DNA from: a bacterium
GTDB taxonomy: Bacteria > Zhuqueibacterota > Zhuqueibacteria > Oceanimicrobiales > Oceanimicrobiaceae
Assembly: GCA_046757025.1 (NCBI GenBank)
Contig: JBHHXN010000037.1
Coordinates: 1 to 36,774 of the forward strand
Length of the DNA: 36,774 bases
Reading direction: 5' to 3'
A program made the position numbers and the translations under genes. Below the pieces are notes generated by a model. The model had not been told where the DNA came from, did no database searches, and saw only the letters and a program-made list of their open reading frames with translations. This document shows, one piece after another, positions 10,042-18,777 of this stretch (positions are counted from its first letter, which is position 1; each line of letters starts with the position of its first letter).

Positions 10042-10260
10042 AGGCTGAACGAAAACGCGCCTATTCATGTCATTGGAGCGGTCAAAAAATTCGCAATTTT
10101 TCACCCTGAGCAGAGTCGACAAGTGCATTGGGAGACCGATTGGATAGACCCTTTTCAGCGAAGCAATCTCACTATCTGGAACGGCATGAGATTGCTTCGT
10201 CCCGAATAAAAATCGGGACTCGCAATGACAACTTTATCAATAGATTTCGTTCAATCATTA
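10039..10260. mobile_element. MITE-like element with REP-like palindromic core
   Basis: Left end tagaggctgaacgaaaac overlaps the TAG stop; degenerate inverted right end gatttcgttcaatcatta; internal IRs tgtcattg 10068-75 / caatgaca 10223-30, cgaagcaatctc 10159-70 / gagattgcttcg 10188-99, and gtcccga / tcgggac. Confidence 0.55.
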
Positions 10261-10390
10261 TTTGAAGTTAACATTATGTGTCAATTGATAAGATTCTTAC
10301 AGAATGACATTTCAGGATGATTTTTGAATATTGAATGCTTTATAAAAATTATGCACGTCGGGATTGAATTCATTTAATTTGAGGCGGAAG

Positions 10391-11611
10391 ATGCAATTTC
10401 AGAAATTAACATTTCAAAATAAAAACGGTGATCGGCTCTCGGCCCGTCTGGACCTGCCGGTAACAGGCGTGCCACAGGCTTATGCCTTGTTCGCGCACTG
10501 CTTCACTTGCACTAAAAACATCCGCGCGGCTGGCAACATCAGCCGCGCGCTCAACCGCGCAGGCATGGCGGTGTTGCGGTTTGATTTTACCGGACTTGGT
10601 GAAAGCGAAGGTGATTTTGCCGACACCAACTTTTCCTCAAACGTTGCCGATCTGATTGCGGCAGCGGAATATCTCGAAACGCATTACGCCGCGCCGCAAA
10701 TACTCATCGGCCATTCGCTGGGCGGCGCAGCGGTACTGCAGGCAGCGGCAAACATTCCATCTTGTGTGGCTGTGGCTACCATTGGCGCGCCGGCGAATCC
10801 AGACCATGTTACCCATTTGCTTCGCAGCTCACAAAAAACCATCGAAACCAGAGGCGAAGATGAAATTGTGCTGGCAGGCCGCACTTTTAAAATAAAAAAG
10901 CAATTTTTAGATGACTTAGAACAAACTAAAATGCAGGTCTGTATTCGCAATTTGAAACGGGCGCTGTTACTTTTTCACTCGCCCATCGACAATACGGTAG
11001 GCATCGAAAATGCAGAACAGATTTTTCAGGCGGCTAAACATCCTAAAAGCTTTATTTCGCTTCACTATGCCGACCATCTGCTTACCGATGAAAAAGACTC
11101 ACTTTACGTCGGTTCGGTTACCGCAGCCTGGGCAAAAAAGTACATTTCACAACCCACTGCGAAAATATTGGAGGAAGATTTAGCAGACAATCGCATTGTG
11201 GTGCACACTGGTCTTCACGGCTTGCAAACGGAAATCAGCGCCAACGGTCACAGCCTGGTCGCAGATGAACCGATTGCAGTGGGCGGCAGCAACTCCGGAC
11301 CCACACCGTACGATTATCTCGTTACGGCGCTTGGCTCTTGTACTGCCATGACCTTGCGCATGTATGCCGACCACAAAGGCTGGCCGCTGGAATCGGTAAC
11401 AGTTCGATTGAAGCACCAAAAAGTGTACGCACAGGATTGTGAGCGTTGCGTATCGCATAACACCAAACTCGACCCGATCGAACGAGAAATTGAGCTCGTC
11501 GGAGCGCTCACTACCGAACAAAAGCAGCGCTTGTTAAAAATCGCCGACCGTTGTCCCGTGCACCGAACTTTGCATTCGGAAATTTTGGTTAAAACGGCAT
11601 TGAAGGGATGA
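10391..11611 (+). CDS. Bifunctional alpha/beta-hydrolase / OsmC-family protein
   Basis: AHCFTC, RFDFTGLGESEG and GHSLGG nucleophile elbow; C-terminal ADEP...GPTPYD...ALGSCTAMT...DRCPVHRTL with two OsmC Cys. Start set at ATG 10391. Confidence 0.92.
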   Translation: MQFQKLTFQNKNGDRLSARLDLPVTGVPQAYALFAHCFTCTKNIRAAGNISRALNRAGMAVLRFDFTGLGESEGDFADTNFSSNVADLIAAAEYLETHYAAPQILIGHSLGGAAVLQAAANIPSCVAVATIGAPANPDHVTHLLRSSQKTIETRGEDEIVLAGRTFKIKKQFLDDLEQTKMQVCIRNLKRALLLFHSPIDNTVGIENAEQIFQAAKHPKSFISLHYADHLLTDEKDSLYVGSVTAAWAKKYISQPTAKILEEDLADNRIVVHTGLHGLQTEISANGHSLVADEPIAVGGSNSGPTPYDYLVTALGSCTAMTLRMYADHKGWPLESVTVRLKHQKVYAQDCERCVSHNTKLDPIEREIELVGALTTEQKQRLLKIADRCPVHRTLHSEILVKTALKG

Positions 11612-11723
11612 TCCTAAAAGGAAAAACCGGACACCCCGGTGGTCCCTTCAAGGGGAACAATAACCAATTTACTTTTAATCCAGGGAAAAATCAACTCACC
11701 ACAATTTTATCAAAGTATAAAAA

Positions 11724-12071
11724 ATGGACTTCAATACCTACACTGCTTCAGATGGGGCGGTCACCGTCATAGAAATTCCCGATCAGTTCGATTACAGCAT
11801 TTCAGAGTCCTTTCGGGTGCATTTGAAATCCTTAGTCGAAGAGGGGCGGTTTAAATTCGTCATCGATTTGAGCCAGAACAAATATATCGATTCCAGCGGG
11901 CTAGGTTCGCTGGTTTCCCGCATTTCCCTCATTCGCTCAAATGGCGGCGATATCCGGCTGGCCGCACCCTCTGAAACCGTCGTCAACGTGCTCAATCTCA
12001 CACATTTGAATAAAATATTAAAGTGTTTTGACGATGTCCACTCAGCCGTGGTCAGTTATGAATCGTCATGA
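11724..12071 (+). CDS. STAS-domain anti-sigma-factor antagonist (RsbV/SpoIIAA-like)
   Basis: VIDLS...YIDSSGLGSL motif with the phospho-acceptor Ser; 115 aa. Confidence 0.92.
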   Translation: MDFNTYTASDGAVTVIEIPDQFDYSISESFRVHLKSLVEEGRFKFVIDLSQNKYIDSSGLGSLVSRISLIRSNGGDIRLAAPSETVVNVLNLTHLNKILKCFDDVHSAVVSYESS

Positions 12072-12097
12072 GTTGAATTTTAATTAAGGAACAAACG

Positions 12098-13975
12098 TTG
12101 AAATCAGAGAGCGACAATTTAGAGAACGAGGGCGCACCGGACCGTTACCGGCATCACTATCTGCAGCCGAATTACGAACGTCCTGTTTTTGAATTATCAG
12201 AAAAATTTCGTCGAAGCATCTTTTCCAAATTGACCGCCCTTTATGGCGAGCGGCGGGCGCGACCGTGCTTTAAAGAACTGGAACGAATTTTAAAAGTGTA
12301 CTATGCGCATAAATCGGAGGAAATGATCGAAAGGGAAAAAAGGTTTAATCCCGCAGAGCGCCTCACAGAACGGCACGTCATTTTGATCACGTACGGCGAT
12401 TTGATCTATTGTGAGGGCCAGCATCCTCTTGAAACCCTGTCCGAACTGTGCAAACAGTATTTAAAAGGCGCTTTCAACACTTTGCACATTCTGCCGTTTT
12501 TTCCGTATTCGTCGGACCGCGGTTTTGCGGTAATGGACTTTGAAGAGGTGGATCCCAGATTAGGCACATGGGAGCATATCTTGAATCTCAAAAAAGATTT
12601 CTATTTGATGTTCGACGGCGTGTTTAATCATGTCTCCGCCAAAAGCCGCTGGTTTCAAGAATATTTAAACGGCAATCCAGAATATCGGCGTTTTTTCACG
12701 GAATTCTCCACGCAAAAAAAATTATCCGAGGATCAGTTGAAGTTGATCGTTCGACCGCGCACCTCGGATATCCTGACGCCGTTCAACACCATCCACGGCA
12801 GCCGTCTGGTGTGGACCACTTTCAGTCCGGACCAGATCGATCTCGATTACCACAATCCCCGCGTACTGCTGAAGATGGTGGAAATTTTGCTTATGTACGT
12901 ACGGCGGGGCGCGGACTTCATCCGGCTGGACGCCGTGTCGTATTTGTGGGAAGAGCTGGGAACTTCGTGCGTACACCTGAACCAGAACCACATTACCATC
13001 AAACTTTTCCGCGATATTTTAGACGCCGTGGCGCCCGAAGTGGTGCTGGTGACCGAAACCAACGTGCCCCACCAAGACAACATTCGCTATTTTGGCAACG
13101 GGTTTGATGAAGCACAAATGGTTTACAACTTTGCCCTGCCGCCGCTGGTTTTGCACACCTTTCAGAATGGCAACGCAGCCCGGCTCACCACATGGGCCGC
13201 CAGCGTCAAACCGATTTCGCCCGCCGCTACCTATTTTAACTTTCTGGACTCCCACGACGGCATCGGGATCATGGCGGTGGTCAATATTTTAAGCCCCGAA
13301 GAAATCGACCTGATGGCGCTGAAAGTTCTCGAGCATGGCGGGTTCATTTCTTACAAAAACAACGGCGACGGTACTGAAAGTCCGTACGAATTTAACATCA
13401 CCTGGTACAGCGCCATCAACCGCGAAGATTCGGATGAGTCCACCGAATTTCAGGTGAAACGCTATCTCGCATCCCGAGCCATTGCGCTGGTGTTCATGGG
13501 CGTGCCCGGCATTTATCTACATGGATTGCTGGGCTCGAAAAACGACGCCGAAGCCGTGCTGGAAGAAAAACAAACTCGCAGCATCAACCGCAAAACATTC
13601 AGCAAACAGGATCTGCTAAACCATCTGAATGACGTCAACACCTCCACATCCATGATTTTTTACCAGCTCGTGGATATGCTGCATATCCGAATCAATGAAA
13701 AAGCTTTTCACCCAAATTCGCCGCAAAAAATTCTGGATGTTTCTGATGCTTTTTTCACGCTGGTACGCACCACCGAGGATGGCTCAGAGGCCATCTTGAC
13801 CATCACCAACGTAACCGACCGGCAGCAGTCTTTTTCATTAAATGTTCGAAAAGCCGGTTTCAAGAATGAATCCTTTCGGGATATCCTGACGTACAAGCGT
13901 TTTAACACGGTAAATGCGAAACTTTCCATTACCCTGGAACGGTACGAAGTACTCTGGTTGAAAGCCCTCAATTAA
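12098..13975 (+). CDS. GH13_18 sugar phosphorylase, probably glucosylglycerate phosphorylase (YcjM-like)
   Basis: LITYGD, HILPFFPYSSDRGF, FNHVS, WTTFSPDQIDL, RLDAV (nucleophile), TETNVP (acid/base), SHDGIG, loop PYEFN; TTG start after SD aagga. Confidence 0.88.
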   Translation: MKSESDNLENEGAPDRYRHHYLQPNYERPVFELSEKFRRSIFSKLTALYGERRARPCFKELERILKVYYAHKSEEMIEREKRFNPAERLTERHVILITYGDLIYCEGQHPLETLSELCKQYLKGAFNTLHILPFFPYSSDRGFAVMDFEEVDPRLGTWEHILNLKKDFYLMFDGVFNHVSAKSRWFQEYLNGNPEYRRFFTEFSTQKKLSEDQLKLIVRPRTSDILTPFNTIHGSRLVWTTFSPDQIDLDYHNPRVLLKMVEILLMYVRRGADFIRLDAVSYLWEELGTSCVHLNQNHITIKLFRDILDAVAPEVVLVTETNVPHQDNIRYFGNGFDEAQMVYNFALPPLVLHTFQNGNAARLTTWAASVKPISPAATYFNFLDSHDGIGIMAVVNILSPEEIDLMALKVLEHGGFISYKNNGDGTESPYEFNITWYSAINREDSDESTEFQVKRYLASRAIALVFMGVPGIYLHGLLGSKNDAEAVLEEKQTRSINRKTFSKQDLLNHLNDVNTSTSMIFYQLVDMLHIRINEKAFHPNSPQKILDVSDAFFTLVRTTEDGSEAILTITNVTDRQQSFSLNVRKAGFKNESFRDILTYKRFNTVNAKLSITLERYEVLWLKALN

Positions 13976-14012
13976 ACAACTTGCATGTAACACTTATTTT
14001 TAAGGAATTAAT

Positions 14013-16853
14013 ATGAACGACTTAAAAGTTCTTTTAACCGGCATGATGCTGTTTTTCTGCTCTGTCGGAGCTGCCGAATTGCAGGCACAAAGCTCCGGTG
14101 CACAAAAATCCCTGGCTTTGGATTTGCATGCTAAGCTGCCACTGGACCCGAAAATCACCGTGGGCACCCTGGAAAACGGGCTCACCTACTATATTCGCGA
14201 GAATAAAAAACCCGAGAACCGTGCGGAGCTGCGGCTGGCCATCGACGCGGGTTCGGTGCTGGAGGAAGACGATCAGCAGGGCATCGCGCACTTTATCGAG
14301 CACATGGCCTTCAACGGCACTAAAAAATTTGCTCGGCAGGAGATCATCGATTACCTCGAATCCATCGGCATGCAATTCGGGGCAGACATCAACGCCTACA
14401 CCGGTTTCGATGAAACGGTGTACACTCTGCAGATCCCAACCGACGACGCCGAAATCGTCGAAACCGCTTTCCAGATTTTAGAAGAGTGGGCGCATAACAT
14501 CCGTTTTGAGGAAGAGGAAATAGAAAAAGAACGCGGAGTGGTCATCGAAGAACGGCGGCTGGGACGCGGCGCTGCCGCGCGCATGCTCAACAAACAGTTT
14601 CCCATCCTGTTCAAAAATTCTCGCTATGCCGAAAGATTGCCCATCGGAAAAAAAGACATTCTCGAAACCGCGCCCAGAGAGGCGTTTCTCGATTTCTACC
14701 GCAAATGGTACAGCCCGCATCTGATGGCGGTGGCGGTGGTAGGCGACTTCGATACGGCTACCATCAAAGATATCATCGAACGCCATTTTTCTCGCATCCC
14801 GCCCGTGCAGGAGGTTGAAGCTCGGCCGCTGTTTCCCGTACCCGATCATGACGAAACCCTGTTTGCCATCGCCACCGACGTAGAAGCCACTGGCACCAAC
14901 GTCAGCGTTTATCACAAACACGACGTCCATGATGAGCAAACCTACGGCGCTTACCGACAAACTATCCTGGAGCTGTTGTACAACAGTATGTTGAACAATC
15001 GTCTGGCGGAACTGCTGCGAAAACCCGAACCGCCTTTTTTACAAGCCTATTCGAACAACGGTCGATTCGTACGCTCCAAAGATTTTTACTATTTAGTGGC
15101 GGCGGTGAAAGAAAATCAGATCCTGTCCGGGTTGGAAACGCTGCTGCTGGAAGCCAACCGCGTAAAACAGCATGGTTTCACGCAGTCGGAGCTGGATCGC
15201 GAAAAAACCGCCTTACTGCGCAGCATGGAGCGGGCTTTTAACGAACGCGATAAAACCGAATCCAGCAATTATGCCGATGAATACATTCGCAATTTTCTCA
15301 CTGGCGAACCCCTGCCCGGCATCGAAGTGGAGTTTGAGCTTTTCAAAACATTCCTTCCCGAGATTCAACTGTCCGAAGTCAACCGTTTGGCCGATCAATG
15401 GCTGAGCGAGAAAAGCCGCGTGGTCATGGTCAGCGCACCAGAAAAGGAAGACGTGCCCATCCCCACAGAAAGCGAGCTGACCGAACTTCTGAACGCAGCG
15501 ACCAGAAGGTCCGTCTCCGCTTACGTGGATCATGTGACGGATTTGCCGCTGGTGGAGCACCCACCCGTTCCCGGTGAAATTGTGTCAGAAAAAACCATTC
15601 CGGAATTGGACGTCACCGAATGGACCTTATCAAACGGCGTCAAAGTGGTTCTGAAACCCACTGACTTCAAAAACGATGAAATTCTTTTCGGCGCCAGCAG
15701 TCCGGGCGGCCATTCGCTGGTTTCCGACGACCAATATGTGGCCGCGATTTCGGCCACCGCCATCGTGGAAGAATCCGGGTTGGGCAAATTTGATTTGATT
15801 GGCCTGCAGAAGAAACTCGCCGGTAAAATCGTGCGGGTATCGCCTTGGATCAATTCATTAGAAGAAGGGTTGTCCGGTGGCGCCGCGCCCCAGGATCTGG
15901 AAACCATGATGCAGCTTATTTATCTGTATTTTAACGCGCCCAGAATCGACAGCACTGCCTTTCTGTCCTTTCAAAACCGCATCAAGGGCGCCATTCAAAA
16001 TCGGCACGCCAGTCCAAATGCCGCCTTTCAGGACACCCTGCGTGTGACCATGGCCAACTACCATTTTCGCCGCAGACCGTGGTCGGAAGCGGTGCTCGAC
16101 GAAATGGACATGATGAAATCGTTCCAAATCTACCGGGACCGCTTTGCGGATGCCAGCGACTTTACTTTCTTTTTTGTTGGAAACTTTGAACTCGACAACA
16201 TGAAGCCGCTCATTCAAACCTATCTTGGCGGGCTGCCGGCCATTCATCGCAAAGAGACGGGCAAAGACGACGGCATCCACCCGCCCAAAGGTGTCATCGA
16301 GAAAGAAGTGTTGAAAGGGCTGGAGCACAAGAGCCGGGTCAGCCTCATTTTTACAGGAAATTTCAACTGGAACCGGGAAAACCGCCACCACATCACGGCC
16401 ATGGTCAGCGTCCTGCAAATTAAACTGCGGGAAGTTTTGCGTGAAGAGCTGGGCGGCACCTACAGCGTGGGCGTCTGGGCTTCGACTACCCACTATCCGC
16501 GAGAAGAATACCGCATCAATATTTCTTTTGGCTGCGCCCCCGAGCGCGTGGACGAGCTGACCCGCACCATTTTTCATCAAATCGACAGCTTGCGAATTTA
16601 CGGCACCACTGAAAAATATCTGCAAAAAGTAAAAGAAACCCAGCGCCGCAATCGCGAAACCGATTTAAAGGAAAATCGTTTCTGGCTGGGCGCTTTGCAA
16701 TCTTACTACTACCACCAGGAAGACCCCCTGAAAATACTCGAGTATGACCAGGAAATTGAGGCGCTGACTTTGGAGGACATCAAGCATGCGGCGCAAAGAT
16801 ATTTTAACAATGAAAATTACGTGAAGGTGGTATTGTATCCGGAAAAATCGTGA
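14013..16853 (+). CDS. Exported M16 zinc metallopeptidase (PqqL-like)
   Basis: Signal peptide; HFIEH inverted zinc motif, NAYTGFDET, EKERGVVIEE; second half with LSNGVKVVLKPT and LREELGGTYS. Confidence 0.93.
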   Translation: MNDLKVLLTGMMLFFCSVGAAELQAQSSGAQKSLALDLHAKLPLDPKITVGTLENGLTYYIRENKKPENRAELRLAIDAGSVLEEDDQQGIAHFIEHMAFNGTKKFARQEIIDYLESIGMQFGADINAYTGFDETVYTLQIPTDDAEIVETAFQILEEWAHNIRFEEEEIEKERGVVIEERRLGRGAAARMLNKQFPILFKNSRYAERLPIGKKDILETAPREAFLDFYRKWYSPHLMAVAVVGDFDTATIKDIIERHFSRIPPVQEVEARPLFPVPDHDETLFAIATDVEATGTNVSVYHKHDVHDEQTYGAYRQTILELLYNSMLNNRLAELLRKPEPPFLQAYSNNGRFVRSKDFYYLVAAVKENQILSGLETLLLEANRVKQHGFTQSELDREKTALLRSMERAFNERDKTESSNYADEYIRNFLTGEPLPGIEVEFELFKTFLPEIQLSEVNRLADQWLSEKSRVVMVSAPEKEDVPIPTESELTELLNAATRRSVSAYVDHVTDLPLVEHPPVPGEIVSEKTIPELDVTEWTLSNGVKVVLKPTDFKNDEILFGASSPGGHSLVSDDQYVAAISATAIVEESGLGKFDLIGLQKKLAGKIVRVSPWINSLEEGLSGGAAPQDLETMMQLIYLYFNAPRIDSTAFLSFQNRIKGAIQNRHASPNAAFQDTLRVTMANYHFRRRPWSEAVLDEMDMMKSFQIYRDRFADASDFTFFFVGNFELDNMKPLIQTYLGGLPAIHRKETGKDDGIHPPKGVIEKEVLKGLEHKSRVSLIFTGNFNWNRENRHHITAMVSVLQIKLREVLREELGGTYSVGVWASTTHYPREEYRINISFGCAPERVDELTRTIFHQIDSLRIYGTTEKYLQKVKETQRRNRETDLKENRFWLGALQSYYYHQEDPLKILEYDQEIEALTLEDIKHAAQRYFNNENYVKVVLYPEKS

Positions 16854-17095
16854 ACTTGGTTGTTCAATCATTTCTTTTTGTTACCGAGGACTTGGGTAGA
16901 TTATCAGGCAAGGCCCCGCTCAGGAGTATTTGGTGGTGCTTGCACAATTTCTGTTCAAAGATTGTTTGGTCCGGACGCCCAGGACTTTTTTCGTTTGATC
17001 ACCAGCAAACTTGACTCGTTTTGCCAAGGCAGTCGCAATTATTTTTTATCATTGTAAAAATCTAAATTCTGAAAATTTTACCGGAGGGCTACATC

Positions 17096-18226
17096 ATGCT
17101 TCTGTTTAATTTCTCAAAAGCGGGGATATTTTTAATAGGCTTCTGCGCCTTCGCCTTTGCGGCACAGGCGAAATCCCTGTCGATGCAAAAAATCAAGGTA
17201 TTTGAAAGCACCACCAAAACCTGGCATGAATCCACGGCTTTGATCGGCAGCCAGGAAGTGTTTTTGCCCATGACTTTATTGGCAACGGAATTTGGGCTCA
17301 CCAGGAAAAATCTCACAGACGACAAACTGGGCATCTGCCTGAACGAAATCTGCATTCCGTTCTCGAAAAACACAGGGGAAACATCGATTCAATTTCAACA
17401 TGGCCAGGAATACGTGCCGGCACGGCATCTGGTGAAAGCGTTGAACGGCCACATTGTTTGGGACGCCGAACAGGCGGAATTGCTGCTGAGTTTACGCCCG
17501 TACCAATCGGAGTCCGGGCAATTGAACACGGCCGTGTCAGATTTCACCTTACCCGATATGCAAGACAATCCGGTGGCCATTTCGGATTTCAAAGGTAAAA
17601 AGGTCATCGTATTCGCCTGGGCTTCTTGGTGAGCCTGCCGCGAATATTTGCCCGGGTGGCAAAAATTTTACGAGGCGAATCAGGATCAGAATTTCGAGCT
17701 GGTGACGGTGGCAGAAGATGTGCAGGGGGCTGAAAAGGCCCTGCCCTGGCTGAAAAAAGCCCATGCTCGTTATGTGACGCTCATCGACCGGGAAAACCAA
17801 TTGGGCAGTCGTTTCCAGGTCAACTATGTGCCTCTCACCATCCTTTACGACGAAACCGGCAGAGTCGTGCGCGGGCCGCAGCATTTTAACGGTAGTTCTT
17901 CGAAATCTTACGAAGAGCTTAGTAACTGGCTGCGAAATGGCCAAAGCGCCCTCACACAAAAAGGCCTTTCCAAACCCGAAAAAGCCATGGGGTTCGAATC
18001 GCCGGAAGCAGAGCTGCGGTTTCAGTTGGCCGCGTTACTCATTCAGCAGGGAAACAAACCACTTGCGCTCAGACAACTGAAAAGCGCTTTGCAAAAAAGT
18101 CCGAACAATTTCATTATTCTCAAGCAGATCTGGGCCATCGAAAATCCAGAGCGCTTCTACTCCAGCAAAGTAGATTTTAAATGGCAGCGCGAGCAGCTAA
18201 AACAAATGACCGAGAAGCCGGAATAA
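17096..18226 (+). CDS. Putative selenoprotein: exported TlpA/peroxiredoxin-like thioredoxin-fold protein (376 aa, Sec179) with C-terminal TPR-like region
   Basis: ORFs 17096-17632 and 17648-18226 are in frame and joined by TGG TGA GCC TGC CGC GAA TAT TTG, giving DFTLPD...KGKKVIVFAWASW-U-ACREYLPGWQKFY. The UGA occupies the position of the attacking Cys of the TlpA WASWCxxC site. Confidence 0.88.
17633..17676 (+). promoter_or_regulatory. Bacterial SECIS-like hairpin
   Basis: Upper stem tttgcc 17647-52 / ggcaaa 17658-63 with loop CGGGU, 20 nt after the UGA; basal pairing gcct 17633-36 / aggc 17673-76. Confidence 0.7.
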
Positions 18227-18348
18227 TCTCCATTGAAATCGGCCAATTAAAACTTGTACCAAATCGTGATCGATCGAAAAATCTCTTTTCTTGTCATCTG
18301 TGCAGTGCGAAGCAGGGTAAAAAATGGCCTTTTGGGTCAAGCACTATT

Positions 18349-18499
18349 TAGTGTCCATCCGTCATCGTCATTCCCGAGTGCTCCCTGCTTAAAACATGCA
18401 GGGACAAGCTCATCGGGAATCTCGTGCCTAACGGAACAATGGATTCCCGCTTAAAGATTGCGGGACTGACAAAAAAGGGCTCTTTACGGATGGACTCTA
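18349..18499. mobile_element. MITE-like element with 14-bp terminal inverted repeats and GTCATTCCCG/GGGAAT REP core
   Basis: tagtgtccatccgt 18349-62 / acggatggactcta 18486-99 (13/14 inverted match); TATTTA at both junctions; internal gtcattcccg...cgggaat and ggattcccgc...gcgggactgac. Confidence 0.65.
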
Positions 18500-18501
18500 T
18501 T

Positions 18502-18659
18502 TAGCGTCTGAACGAAAACTCGAGAAATACGCGAGATAAAAACCTCTTCGCGATAGTGTTCCTTCGACAAAGCTAAAGACAGGCCCCGCCGAACCAGATA
18601 GGAATTCACCCTCGGCCAGGAGGCCTTCGGGAAGATTGGGTCGTTTTGGTCAAGCACTA
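18502..18659. mobile_element. Second MITE-like element abutting the first
   Basis: Left end tagcgtctgaacgaaaac; right end cgttttggtcaagcacta; TATTTA junctions; 18608-18659 is an inverted copy of 23106-23159. Confidence 0.6.
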
Positions 18660-18777
18660 TTTAAACTGAAACATAAATACGAGATTCTTTGCTTTGCTCA
18701 AAATGACCTCGCCCATCTAATTTTCCTCGTTTTTCACTCACTCAGTCAACCCTTTAAACCCAATCTGCCATTTTTCC

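Noticed and set aside
16851..17057. In-frame ORF continuing past the TGA of the M16 peptidase (possible second readthrough)
   Set aside because: The peptidase already ends at a normal family C-terminus (VVLYPEKS), the TGA is not in a redox motif, and the extension looks like random sequence.
17630..17632. Treating the split thioredoxin-fold gene as a pseudogene
   Set aside because: The only lesion is a TGA exactly at the catalytic Cys position, with a SECIS-like hairpin and intact flanks; recoding is more parsimonious.
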